Virus record (IMG/VR): IMGVR_UViG_3300002307_000150
Location: 1-33,046 of that record
Direction: 5' to 3' (one strand)
DNA length: 33,046 nt
Source of the DNA: a virus
Taxonomy: Duplodnaviria > Caudoviricetes
Within the stretch, counting starts at the first letter, position 1; each line of letters begins with the position of its first letter. Below are positions 1-9,495 of the stretch, in pieces. The notes under the pieces are model-generated. The model did no database searches and had not been told where the DNA came from. It saw only the letters and a list, made by a program, of their open reading frames with translations. The translations under genes were made by a program, and so were the position numbers.

Positions 1-128
1 ATATGCTCAGATAAGCCATACTCCAATTTATTGATTCTGTAATCATGGTTCTGTATCAAGGCATAGGTTGTTACTGTGGCTCCAAATATGATTAAAGCTG
101 CTTCTATCCACTTATCCACAATAACCAT
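1..128 (-). CDS. Partial small membrane protein, possible holin or lysis accessory; runs off the left edge
   Basis: Hand translation from ATG at 128: MVIVDKWIEAALIIFGATVTTYALIQNHDYRINKLEYGLSEH...; one hydrophobic helix, just downstream of the endolysin. Confidence 0.4.
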   Translation of the reverse strand, partial: MVIVDKWIEAALIIFGATVTTYALIQNHDYRINKLEYGLSEH

Positions 129-182
129 CCACTTCTATTTTAACTGTCTCTTCTGTACTTGAAAACATAGAGTCTTTTTCGT

Positions 183-602
183 TCATATTTTATCTAATTC
201 AAAGTGCATCGGGTCTTTACGGTTTTTAAAATTGCCACCCCAAAAAAATCCAGCATCAGTAAAACATTTTACAAATTCAGGTGACAGCGTGGATTTTCCA
301 CCTAAAGGATTCCAGCTCGAATTAAGATCCACGGCAATTCCCCAACTATGCAATGACATACTTGAGCGCCCACGAATCTTTCTTATCTGAAAACAACCAT
401 TCCATGTTTTTAGTTCTTTAACGCACCCAGTAGAAATCAAACTTTTAAAAGCCCGTGTAAGAGGTCCAATAACATCACGATTACAATAAATCCTTTTTGG
501 AATAACTCCTATCTCTAACTCTGTTGGTACGTCCCAAAGCACCATGAATTTTTCTGATTCAGGTGGTCCATATTTTTTAAGCGCTTGCTGCGAAGTAACC
601 AT
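183..602 (-). CDS. Endolysin, M15-family Zn peptidase (Peptidase_M15_4-like)
   Basis: R...SLHSWGIAVD (SxHxxGxAxD) and WGG...DPMHFE (DxxH) zinc motifs; located at the end of the late operon. Confidence 0.9.
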   Translation of the reverse strand: MVTSQQALKKYGPPESEKFMVLWDVPTELEIGVIPKRIYCNRDVIGPLTRAFKSLISTGCVKELKTWNGCFQIRKIRGRSSMSLHSWGIAVDLNSSWNPLGGKSTLSPEFVKCFTDAGFFWGGNFKNRKDPMHFELDKI

Positions 603-603
603 G

Positions 604-2007
604 TTAGTACTTGATGCAAGGTAGTAAGGCTACGTTTACAGGTCTTGCTTCTACACCTGATCCTGTAATCGTGATGCCGGTAGTATTTGGGTTAATTGTA
701 ACGCCTTGTTGATTCTCTACGTTACCACTACCGCCTCCACCCGCGTCGCTATTTGATAGAGCGGGTTGATTGCCGAATGTATGTGAGTGACCAGGATCCG
801 TTAAGCCAATAGGATTATTAGATGCAGACTCAGATGATCCAAATTCCCTACCGTTAAACGTAAGCGTTACACCAGTTCCTGCAACCGTAGTGTTTGCAGA
901 GATTACAATGCTAGATACACCAACAGAAACAACGGTAGAGCCTGATGGAATACCCGTACCGCTGATTTGTTGACCAGTAAACAATCCGGCTACGCTCGAC
1001 ATGGCCGTTATGGTTGCAGTCGTTCCGTCCAGAGTTCCTGTGGCTGTGATGGTAGTGATGTCTGTTACACCAGCACTGTCCCAGCCACGCATAAACTTGC
1101 CGATTAGATTGGGAAGGTTAAATGTCAATGATCCATCACCTGCGCCAAACGAAGTACCTATCACACCAAACAAATTGGCATAGGTTGTTCGACTAACTTG
1201 TGAGCCGTCAGCGGTCAAGTAACCAGCAGGAGGCGTGTTAGCCGCAAACATAATAACCGTTCCGGTTGGACCAGCAGAACCTGTGATGTTAATCGGCCAG
1301 TTTGACCCAAAGTCAGTGCTGTCAACTGTGCTTGTGAGATTGGTTCCGTTGTATCCGATCTTAATGGTATGAGCATCTGCGGTTGTAGATGTACCCGTTA
1401 GAACCGCTACAGGAATACTGGAAGGATCTGTTTCAACAAACCCGTAGTAAACATCACTCATGCCATTATCAAGAGCAGAGCCTACATCGTTAATAACGGT
1501 AATAGTTGTTAATGTTCCGTTATAAACAGAAATCTGCACCATGCCTGTTTGAACACCGGCAGTGCAATCAGACTTGATTCTGCGATTAGGTGTAAAGATT
1601 TGAGTCTGATCACCAGACAAGCTGAATGTTGTTGCCGTTAAGAAGGTAGGTGTACCTAAAAAGGATTGCCAGTCTGCTTGCAGTGGGTTAGCTGAAGGAT
1701 CATTAACGCCTGTAATGTTGTCATAATCTGAAATGATCGTGCCGTGAGCATTACCGGCCATAGGAGCCGATTCAAGAATGAGCTTGTAAGGTGTGCCTTC
1801 GGCTAACCATATCTGCCCACCCGTTTCACCACGAGCATTTAAAACGATCGGGTTTGGCCACGCAACAGTAGCTGTTTCATTTTGGTACGCTGTTTGAGGT
1901 GTAGTAGTACCGGCTGCATAAAACCAGATTTGACCACCTGTTAGGAATAACGCGTCATCATTCCACTGTGGTTCTTGAAGAATAGGGCAAAGGTAAGCTG
2001 CTGACAT
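604..2007 (-). CDS. Tail fibre protein with phage tail collar domain
   Basis: Collar motif GTVIMFAANTPPAGYLTADGSQVSRTTYANLFGVIGTSFGAGDGSLTFNLPNLIGKFMRGWD; C-terminal EARPVNVALLPCIKY; N-terminal virion-anchor-like domain (FYAAGTTTP...NPIVLNARG). Confidence 0.85.
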   Translation of the reverse strand: MSAAYLCPILQEPQWNDDALFLTGGQIWFYAAGTTTPQTAYQNETATVAWPNPIVLNARGETGGQIWLAEGTPYKLILESAPMAGNAHGTIISDYDNITGVNDPSANPLQADWQSFLGTPTFLTATTFSLSGDQTQIFTPNRRIKSDCTAGVQTGMVQISVYNGTLTTITVINDVGSALDNGMSDVYYGFVETDPSSIPVAVLTGTSTTADAHTIKIGYNGTNLTSTVDSTDFGSNWPINITGSAGPTGTVIMFAANTPPAGYLTADGSQVSRTTYANLFGVIGTSFGAGDGSLTFNLPNLIGKFMRGWDSAGVTDITTITATGTLDGTTATITAMSSVAGLFTGQQISGTGIPSGSTVVSVGVSSIVISANTTVAGTGVTLTFNGREFGSSESASNNPIGLTDPGHSHTFGNQPALSNSDAGGGGSGNVENQQGVTINPNTTGITITGSGVEARPVNVALLPCIKY

Positions 2008-2019
2008 TATATGATCCTC

Positions 2020-3813
2020 TTATCTGAATCTACGCTTGAGATATTCTGGGACATTGGCCGATGTGCGCTCAAGCATTTTAGATATGCCTGTTGGTGCTTG
2101 TCCTGCATGATACGCATTAAGCAATTGTTGAAATTGTTCTGGATTGCGTAATGCTTCATCCAAGGCGGTTGCGCCTCTTGATCGACCCAAGGCATCAACC
2201 ATGTTTAAAATGGTTGCCGTTTTACCGCCACCAGGCACTAATCCAGACTTCATAAGAGAGGTTAAATAGGTTGCAGTAGGCGAACCAGATACCGCTCTAG
2301 CGCCTTTCTGAGCGTTTTCTAAAGCAGACATTGCCATTGCAGCATCATCTAAGAATCCTCGACCAGAAGGCGTTAGGCGGTCAATCTCAGACGTTCCCAT
2401 TTCCTTAGTTGTCACATCAGACGCGGCTTTACGCATTTTTGCAGGTGTGATGGATCTAATCGTTGTCCCAGGAAGAACGGGTGCGTTTTTAAACATATCC
2501 AAAACATCTCTAAACGCTCTTCCTTCTTCAATGGGTTTAATCTTTTCAATATACGTTTTAAGATACTTGTCCCATTCACCCTGACTAGCAGCGCTTAAAC
2601 CTTCATCAATAGCTGACTTTAATTCCATTGCGCCTTTACGGTTGGACTTAATAGCATTAGCTAATTCATCGTTTGGCCCAGCCATACCCCGTAAAGCGTC
2701 ATCAATTTGTTTTCTAGCAGCGTATAAGTCGGAAGGATCAGGGCCGTTAGCATATCCAGCACCTTCAGGACCGCCTAAAGCTGATCTTTCTGTGGCTTTA
2801 ATTGTGCTTTGTAACGGTAAAGATGCTCTGCCAACCTCGCCGGGTCGAACCTTCATTTCTGACATTGTTTCAGTCAGTGGTGCAGTCATCTCAAAAACGC
2901 TTGGAGATTTTCTAGCTTGTTCAAAGGCTCCTGATCGCAATGCTCCGGTTTCCTCATTCAGCTTTTCCATTGCTAGTCTTTCTTGCTCATCGGACAATGC
3001 TCTTTTTTCAAGACCAGAAATAATAGCTTGCTGATTTTCAATATCCCTTTGCATGAAATCAGCAGGCGCTCTGTTACGAGCGTTCATTTCAAGCTCAAGT
3101 AATCGAGGATCATCTGTAATCATGCCGACTGTAGGTCTTACACCTTCAGCGCGTCCAAACGGAGGTAAAGTAGGACCGGACTGTCCTGGTGGTGGAGCAT
3201 TACCGTATACACTAGAAACTTCTGTAGGCAATGTAGCGCCACCTGTTTCCCTAGAAATTTCTCTTAATGCGCCATACTGAGGATTGATAATTCCTCTTCC
3301 GTATCGCACCATCCCAGTTAAACCTTTTGCCGCCGGACCAACTACTTCTGGTAAAACAGCACCACTTAAAGCACCAGCAGCTGTTGATTGTGCGCGCTCC
3401 ATAGGCGTTCCATAGGGATTTAACCCAGCCATCCCGCCGCCCATTAAAGCGTTAATACCAATTCTTCCAGCGGCTGAAGGTGCTCCAGGAATTGCCAAAT
3501 TTTCTAACATCATCATGCCAACATCACCGGCCTTTGTTAGAAGTGGGGCTTTTTCTCCTTGCTTTGTAAGTTCTTCACCGCGCTTTTGTACAGATTCGCG
3601 ATAGGGTGAATAAGGCTGTCCCATTTCACCTGAAAACATACGCCCTATGTCAGAGCCAATTTCTTGCGCGCCAATCATTTGCTTTTCTAATCTCAGTTTC
3701 ATTCCTTCAGAAAGGCTACCGACATCAGGCAAAGGTTTTGTAGATTCCGATACCGTGTATTTTTCCCAAGGCTTACTTGAAGATTGAGCGTATTTTTTCC
3801 AAGGACCGGCCAT
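2020..3813 (-). CDS. Putative ejection (internal virion) protein, P22 gp16 position
   Basis: Third of three helical Ala/Gly-rich genes after the tail genes; Gly-rich hydrophobic stretch near aa 100-165. Call rests on synteny. Confidence 0.6.
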   Translation of the reverse strand: MAGPWKKYAQSSSKPWEKYTVSESTKPLPDVGSLSEGMKLRLEKQMIGAQEIGSDIGRMFSGEMGQPYSPYRESVQKRGEELTKQGEKAPLLTKAGDVGMMMLENLAIPGAPSAAGRIGINALMGGGMAGLNPYGTPMERAQSTAAGALSGAVLPEVVGPAAKGLTGMVRYGRGIINPQYGALREISRETGGATLPTEVSSVYGNAPPPGQSGPTLPPFGRAEGVRPTVGMITDDPRLLELEMNARNRAPADFMQRDIENQQAIISGLEKRALSDEQERLAMEKLNEETGALRSGAFEQARKSPSVFEMTAPLTETMSEMKVRPGEVGRASLPLQSTIKATERSALGGPEGAGYANGPDPSDLYAARKQIDDALRGMAGPNDELANAIKSNRKGAMELKSAIDEGLSAASQGEWDKYLKTYIEKIKPIEEGRAFRDVLDMFKNAPVLPGTTIRSITPAKMRKAASDVTTKEMGTSEIDRLTPSGRGFLDDAAMAMSALENAQKGARAVSGSPTATYLTSLMKSGLVPGGGKTATILNMVDALGRSRGATALDEALRNPEQFQQLLNAYHAGQAPTGISKMLERTSANVPEYLKRRFR

Positions 3814-5105
3814 TATTTAGCCCTCCAATTTTTTGGATTCGCAGGATCTCCACCTAAAAATTCATGACCATCTTCAACTGTTCCAATTGCCGGAGCGCCT
3901 GCTGGTGTTGCACCGGACATGGCTTTTTCTGCTAAATCTGGATATTTAGAAACAAGACTTTTACGCACTATGTTAATTGCGGTTACATAACCTGCATACC
4001 TTGCACCGGCTGTTAAATCTTCATCATTCAATGCACCCATTGCAGCATTTAAATCTCTTACTTCCTGCATGTTTAAATCACCTTTTGCTTTTTCAGCAAG
4101 AGGTTTAACAGCGGCCTTTAAACCACCCAGAACATTAGTCGCAGTCTGTGCTTTGTTTTCTAAATGCAAAGCAGTAGCGACCGGGCCTTTTAAAATGGCT
4201 TCAGGCGCACCAGCAATGGATTCATCAAGCAATGCTTTTACTTCTGCATCAGTTGGTAAAGAAGCAAGCAAAGTAGCTTTATCTTCAGATGCTACTCTGC
4301 GTTCTACATTTTGCTTTCCTTTTTCACGGCCTTCTGAAATTGCTTCTTCACGAGTAGCTAATTGTTCTGGTGTGCTACCGGTTGCTGTTGGCAATGTCTG
4401 GCCCGGTTGCATGATTTCATATTGGCTAGATTCTGGGGCAGGGCCATATTGTGAAGACATTGGGCCTTGTCTAGGCGGCATAATGCCTGGCACTCTTTCT
4501 GGAGCATTGGTTGCTGGATTTCTGTCAACGCGCCCATACGCTTGTTCTGGTGACATTCTTGGAGCCACCATTGCTTGGCTATATGTGTCATACCAAGGAG
4601 ATTTATAACCCCTTCCAACAGCATTGGTTAATACAAACATAGGATCATGCTGTTCTGGTTGGAAATTTACCGGTGGTTTTATGTTTTGTTTCCCCAACTC
4701 AGCCATAGCCATACCCACTTTTCTACGGTATGCCTCTTGATCTCCCGTTTGCAAGGCTTCTTCAGCAATTGGGCCTAATGTATTAGCAATGATTTGCTCA
4801 TTGCCAACGCCAATGGCTTGTTGTTCTTTTTGCATGCCCATCTGTGATTGTTGAATTTGCGCTTGTTTTGCAGCAATATCCAAATTCATCATAGGCATTT
4901 CCATTGCCATTTTTGGACTGTATTGCCCAATCTGTGTCATGGATGGATTGGCGTTTTCAGCAAAAAGTTTACGCAAACCCTGTTGAGCCGCAAGTTCATC
5001 TTTTAATGTTTGATATTTTAATACTTCAATATCGGCTTCTCTTTTTCTTTTTGGAGCATTTTGTATATCTTCAGCAATACTTGAATACAGATCTTCTAGT
5101 GCCAT
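3813..5105 (-). CDS. Putative ejection protein, P22 gp20 position
   Basis: Gln/Ala-rich helical protein between the gp7-like and gp16-like genes; stop overlaps the next start (TAATG). Confidence 0.6.
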   Translation of the reverse strand: MALEDLYSSIAEDIQNAPKRKREADIEVLKYQTLKDELAAQQGLRKLFAENANPSMTQIGQYSPKMAMEMPMMNLDIAAKQAQIQQSQMGMQKEQQAIGVGNEQIIANTLGPIAEEALQTGDQEAYRRKVGMAMAELGKQNIKPPVNFQPEQHDPMFVLTNAVGRGYKSPWYDTYSQAMVAPRMSPEQAYGRVDRNPATNAPERVPGIMPPRQGPMSSQYGPAPESSQYEIMQPGQTLPTATGSTPEQLATREEAISEGREKGKQNVERRVASEDKATLLASLPTDAEVKALLDESIAGAPEAILKGPVATALHLENKAQTATNVLGGLKAAVKPLAEKAKGDLNMQEVRDLNAAMGALNDEDLTAGARYAGYVTAINIVRKSLVSKYPDLAEKAMSGATPAGAPAIGTVEDGHEFLGGDPANPKNWRAK

Positions 5106-5109
5106 AAAA

Positions 5110-5862
5110 TTACCCTATTAGTCCACCAGCCCAGTTACCAATTTGCTGCCAACCAGTATATCCTTGCGAATTTGGTTCGTTCATGGAATTTATTGCAGAA
5201 CCAATTTGTTGACCAATTCCAGCTTGGCCAGCGCTTAAATTTTGGTATCCTTGACCCATTGCATTTGCCATAGCACCACTTGTTCCAGCAAGTGTACTAG
5301 CGGCGTTTAGTCCAACTCCAGAAGCATTTCCATAATTATTAACATTCTGACCATACATGTTCATAATCTGAGCGTTCTGAGATAGGTTCTGATTAAACGC
5401 TGTACCATACGCTTGTTGCGCTCGTTGCCATGCGTTCTGGAATCCAGTGGACGCCTGATTCTGCGCGTAATTATTCATGGCTTTTGCGGCTGCACCAGAC
5501 AATAAACCGCCTGTTGCTGCTGCTGAATTTTGTACGCCTTGCAAGCCTTGCTGAAGTTGGAACTGATACCCAGGCGTTGCTTGCAGTTCTGCTAGGTTAC
5601 TAACCATTGGCGTATACAATGGGCTTTGTTGATAGTCTGCCATTGTGTACGGTTGTGCATAAGTACCCAGATTAGTTTCATATTGGCCTAATGCGTTTTG
5701 GTAATTTGGTAAATTGGTCTGACCAAAATTCATGTATGGTTGCAGATTTTGTTGATTCTGCTCATACATTTGTTTGACTTGGTTAATGTAATCCTCTTGG
5801 GAACCGGCGGACATTGCCGAACCTGCAATTCCTGCTGCTGCACCTGCTACTGCGAATGGCAT
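5110..5862 (-). CDS. DNA transfer/ejection protein, P22 gp7-like
   Basis: Ala/Gly-rich N-terminus, LQPY..G, TPGYQFQLQQG..GVQNSAAATGGLLSGAA.KA...Y.Q..A motif typical of gp7-like pilot proteins. Confidence 0.8.
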   Translation of the reverse strand: MPFAVAGAAAGIAGSAMSAGSQEDYINQVKQMYEQNQQNLQPYMNFGQTNLPNYQNALGQYETNLGTYAQPYTMADYQQSPLYTPMVSNLAELQATPGYQFQLQQGLQGVQNSAAATGGLLSGAAAKAMNNYAQNQASTGFQNAWQRAQQAYGTAFNQNLSQNAQIMNMYGQNVNNYGNASGVGLNAASTLAGTSGAMANAMGQGYQNLSAGQAGIGQQIGSAINSMNEPNSQGYTGWQQIGNWAGGLIG

Positions 5863-6419
5863 AATTGCCTCCTATCTGATCGTATGCAAATAATAAGTGT
5901 GATCCTATCTATAGGAGAATCATTCCTGACCCAGTGGAGAACTTGGTTATTAAACCAGTAAACCTCTCCTGGTTGTGCAGAATATTCACCTTCTTCAAAG
6001 CAAAACGCTTGCTGTGGATGGCTCTCAAGCTGAATTGCATATTTATCGTAATACGCTGCATGCCAACTAACATCGACATGAGGAGCCACAGAACCGCCAG
6101 CCGGTATCCGTGTAATGAGTATGCCGCCAAGTCTTTCACCTTGAACACGGCTCATAATTTGAAAGGCCAAGTCCCTTACAGCTGGTAATCGTTGCGCCGC
6201 TTCATACCAAACAGGATCATGTTCTTCATTGAAGTCAGACCATGACCCGTTAAACTCTGCATAATCTCTGTATCTAACCCAAATGTCTGATATTCCTGTA
6301 TGAGGACTATCATATCGTTCAGTTCTGTTTGTGTACATATTCCACAAATATGGATTCTGTTTAATTTGTAGTAATGCCGGAATATGGTCAACTGCACCGA
6401 TAGACATTACATTATTCAA
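5847..6419 (-). CDS. Aspartyl/asparaginyl beta-hydroxylase family 2OG-Fe(II) oxygenase
   Basis: ITRIPAGGSVAPHVD (HxD), GEVYWFNNQVLHWVRN (distal His), DRITLII (2OG-binding Arg). Confidence 0.85.
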   Translation of the reverse strand: MNNVMSIGAVDHIPALLQIKQNPYLWNMYTNRTERYDSPHTGISDIWVRYRDYAEFNGSWSDFNEEHDPVWYEAAQRLPAVRDLAFQIMSRVQGERLGGILITRIPAGGSVAPHVDVSWHAAYYDKYAIQLESHPQQAFCFEEGEYSAQPGEVYWFNNQVLHWVRNDSPIDRITLIICIRSDRRQLCHSQ

Positions 6420-6892
6420 ACCATCTCCCTCACAAGTTCAATTGCTGCTTGATCCTGCACGTTCATATCGCATAGAAAATTAAATCTATGAATGTTGAAC
6501 GGTAAGCCAAACAAAGTCCTACACACTTTAGACATCACAACAGGATTAAATAAATCCTCAAACGGTATCCTGTAACCTTCAATCTGACTTAATAGCTCTA
6601 TTGAGTCATCCGGCATTGAAGGAAGCGCCAACTTTTGCAAGGAGGCATTGATCTCATTTAAAGATCGTTCAATAATTAGTTTAGGTGCAGGATGTGCGTT
6701 TATCTTTTCAATCTGATAAATAGCACTGGTTTCCGCTATGCCTAATCTAAATCCATAATCACGATGATCAAGTTCATCTATCGTGTAATGAATAAAACTT
6801 TCATGTAAACACAAGCTGGTTTCAGTGGTTAAAAGATTAGCCGCCCAAGCAGTGCCGGAGCGGGGTAATCCTATAACCATGAATTTAATCAT
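6416..6892 (-). CDS. Minimal sulfotransferase-fold protein (PAPS-binding)
   Basis: 5'-PSB loop [18 protein letters not shown], 3'-PB RX7S ([10 protein letters not shown]), IPFEDL matching the YEDL motif. Confidence 0.75.
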   Translation of the reverse strand: MIKFMVIGLPRSGTAWAANLLTTETSLCLHESFIHYTIDELDHRDYGFRLGIAETSAIYQIEKINAHPAPKLIIERSLNEINASLQKLALPSMPDDSIELLSQIEGYRIPFEDLFNPVVMSKVCRTLFGLPFNIHRFNFLCDMNVQDQAAIELVREMV

Positions 6893-7035
6893 TTCTTCTT
6901 ACAGCAACCTGACTTACTTTTACGCGCTTCAGAATAAGCAATAGCAGTCGCTTGTTTTACAGGTTTACCTGCCTTAACTTCTGTAGCAATGTTCTTGCTA
7001 ATGGTTTTCTGTGAAGAACCTTTTTTTAACGGCAT
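6889..7035 (-). CDS. Small basic phage protein (48 aa), absent from the ORF track
   Basis: [48 protein letters not shown]; GGAGG RBS; ATGA overlap with the sulfotransferase; resembles a recurrent phage family (MPLKKG.S...IS.NI...G.P.KQA.AIA). Confidence 0.8.
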   Translation of the reverse strand: MPLKKGSSQKTISKNIATEVKAGKPVKQATAIAYSEARKSKSGCCKKK

Positions 7036-7075
7036 CTTGACCTCCAATGTTTTTTAGATTATAGCAAACAATAGG

Positions 7076-9160
7076 TTAAAAAGTACCACCACCAATACCT
7101 CCGGTTGCAGTCACTATATTAAAAGTTGGGGATGATGTTGTGGAAATACTTTGAGGTAAACTTAAAGTAACAGCACCCGTTGATGCAGAAACTATTACCT
7201 GATTAGCAGTGCCTGTAATGGATGTAACGCCATTTGATCCTTGAATACCTGCAACAGATACAGTCCAGTTTGCATAAGTACCAGATCCACCTATTGAATC
7301 GACATTAACAATCATTGTTGTGCCACTGAAAGACGTAATAACGCCTTCCATAAAATTGGCAGGTGTTGTGACGTAAGCGACCCTCACCCTAGTACCTACA
7401 GTAAACGCTGTAGATGTGTTGGATAGGTTAACAGTAAATGTCTGTGATCCAGTTCCAATAGTTACAGAGGAAACGGAGGTCAGATTGTAATAACCTATGC
7501 CGACCTGAGTTACAGGAAATGCGGTTACGATGATACAAGGGGATACAGGAGTGACAGGAGAAGTTCCTGCTGCAATTGTAGATAAGGAAACTTGTGTGCT
7601 ATCAGCCTCCCAATAAAGAATTAGATAATCACCCGCATTAAGCGTTAGCGTATAAATAACTGTTGCTATGTTATAGCCTGGCGTACCGCTATGTGATGAT
7701 GTAATGCTAAATGTACTTGCAGAGTCGGCAACATCACTTGCGCTAGTCGTTCCGTTCTTTCTTAACCAAATTTGTGATGTATGAATTTGGTTATCAGCAT
7801 TGGCCAACTGCACTGAGTATTGAATTGTGTATACACCCGCATAAGCAAATGTGATTCTGTTACCACTAACAATGCTCACACCGTTACTGGTTGGATCTGA
7901 GCTGTTAATGTTAATAGGGTAAGCGGTATTTGCAGCAGATAATGTTTGATTGGTGGTGTCATAAAATGAACCCCAATAACCCGTTTGCCCTATTCCTGTG
8001 GCTACAGTTGCCCATGTTGGTGTACTTGAGCCGTTTGACGTTAGAACCTGACCTGCTGATCCTGCTGCCGTAAATCCGTAAGCCGTGCCCGTTCCAACCG
8101 CAACAGCACCGGCAGTGGGCGTAGCCGTACCGTTAGTGCCACCATTAGCAATAGGAAGCGTTCCAGTAAACGTAATGTTTGGAGTAGTGCCACCACTTGA
8201 AGCGATGTTTCCACTACCTGTCACGGATGTAACGTAAGTTCCAGCCGGCTGTTTATTATTAAATGTTGTCCAATCTGTACTGGTCAAGTAACCGTTTGTG
8301 GACCCATTGGCAGCCGCCATACTGATAGCAGGCGTTGTACCGCCACTCGAAACCACAGGAGCTGTTCCGCTCACAGACGTTACATAAGTACCAGAAGGCT
8401 GTTTATTATTAAACGTGTTCCAATCAGTGCTAGATAAATAGCCATTACTAGATGCACCAGATTGGCTAATACTAATAACAGGTGTTGTACCTCCCGTTGA
8501 TGCAATAGGTGCTGTACCTGTAACAGAAGTTACAGTACCACCAGAGCCGGTAGCTGATAGAGTGCCGCCTGCAAACGACACACCACTCCCTATGGTTACA
8601 TTACTAAAACCACCAGATCCGTTACCATAAAGAATAGATGTCCCACTTGTAGGCGGCGCAAAGTCTACACCTGATGTTGCTGCACTTAATGCCGTTCCGT
8701 TGCCCTTCACCATGCCGGTGACGGTTGTGCTTAAAGTAATTTCAGGGGTTGTACTTGGAGTAGTTACGGTTCCTGCAAAACCATTTGCGGTATCAACAGA
8801 TAATGTAGTTAGAGTACCGCCTGTACCTGATAGCGTGTGATTGACATAAAATAAACCTGTGCCGATTGTGACATTAGTAAAGCCACCATTACCGTCACCA
8901 GACAAGATGCTAGTGCCTGTTGTTGCGGGAGCATCTTTAATCCATTCAGAGCCGTTCCACCACACAACTTGGTTCAGCGTAGAATCAAAGAATGGTTGTC
9001 CTACATACAGATCCTTAGTCGGTCTGGATGATGTATTTCCGCTCAGTGTAACCGCATTTAATACGCTTTGAGCGCGTGTGATCCACGATTGCCAAACAGA
9101 AGTAAAACGACCTGTGGTGTCATTTGATTGTGACTGTAAAGGCGGTTGCGGAAAAGCCAT
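7076..9160 (-). CDS. Tail fibre / needle-position protein with Gly-Ser-Thr-rich repeats
   Basis: Repeats [11 protein letters not shown]...GGTTP.IS...NGYL(S/T)STDW.TFNNKQP and GTSIL.G.G.GGF.NVTIG; occupies the P22 gp26 slot between gp10 and the ejection genes. Confidence 0.75.
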   Translation of the reverse strand: MAFPQPPLQSQSNDTTGRFTSVWQSWITRAQSVLNAVTLSGNTSSRPTKDLYVGQPFFDSTLNQVVWWNGSEWIKDAPATTGTSILSGDGNGGFTNVTIGTGLFYVNHTLSGTGGTLTTLSVDTANGFAGTVTTPSTTPEITLSTTVTGMVKGNGTALSAATSGVDFAPPTSGTSILYGNGSGGFSNVTIGSGVSFAGGTLSATGSGGTVTSVTGTAPIASTGGTTPVISISQSGASSNGYLSSTDWNTFNNKQPSGTYVTSVSGTAPVVSSGGTTPAISMAAANGSTNGYLTSTDWTTFNNKQPAGTYVTSVTGSGNIASSGGTTPNITFTGTLPIANGGTNGTATPTAGAVAVGTGTAYGFTAAGSAGQVLTSNGSSTPTWATVATGIGQTGYWGSFYDTTNQTLSAANTAYPININSSDPTSNGVSIVSGNRITFAYAGVYTIQYSVQLANADNQIHTSQIWLRKNGTTSASDVADSASTFSITSSHSGTPGYNIATVIYTLTLNAGDYLILYWEADSTQVSLSTIAAGTSPVTPVSPCIIVTAFPVTQVGIGYYNLTSVSSVTIGTGSQTFTVNLSNTSTAFTVGTRVRVAYVTTPANFMEGVITSFSGTTMIVNVDSIGGSGTYANWTVSVAGIQGSNGVTSITGTANQVIVSASTGAVTLSLPQSISTTSSPTFNIVTATGGIGGGTF

Positions 9161-9495
9161 TATTTAGCCCAAGGAAAACCAGGGAATACAATGAAAGGAT
9201 TTGATTGGTTGAATAAATCAGCGTCAATATTGACTTCATAAACAGCAATGTTTTCTGCACCAATAGATGCTTGCACCCATCCAAGAACCTGCTCTTTTGT
9301 AAGCTCATCAAACGGTGTGTAATCAGGCTTATCAGGATTCACTGTAAAATCTACAGATCCAACTATAGGAGCCGTTGTCCATGTGCCATTAGTACCATTC
9401 AATGACCAATTAACGGACACAACATAGTTTGTCATTATGCCAACTTCTGGTCTGCATTGTATTAAGGAAATATCCCATGTGTATGTGTTTGCCAT
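9160..9495 (-). CDS. Small fibre-associated protein (putative fibre chaperone/adaptor); paralog of 15992..16318
   Basis: TYTWDI...VVSVNW...YTPFDELTKEQVLGWV pattern shared with the 15992..16318 product; coupled to a fibre gene. Confidence 0.6.
   Translation of the reverse strand: MANTYTWDISLIQCRPEVGIMTNYVVSVNWSLNGTNGTWTTAPIVGSVDFTVNPDKPDYTPFDELTKEQVLGWVQASIGAENIAVYEVNIDADLFNQSNPFIVFPGFPWAK

Noticed and set aside
112-186. 24-aa ORF (MNEKDSMFSSTEETVKIEVDGYCG) overlapping the endolysin stop; possible frameshift into the downstream membrane ORF
   Set aside because: No clear slippery site; too short and too near the window edge to support.
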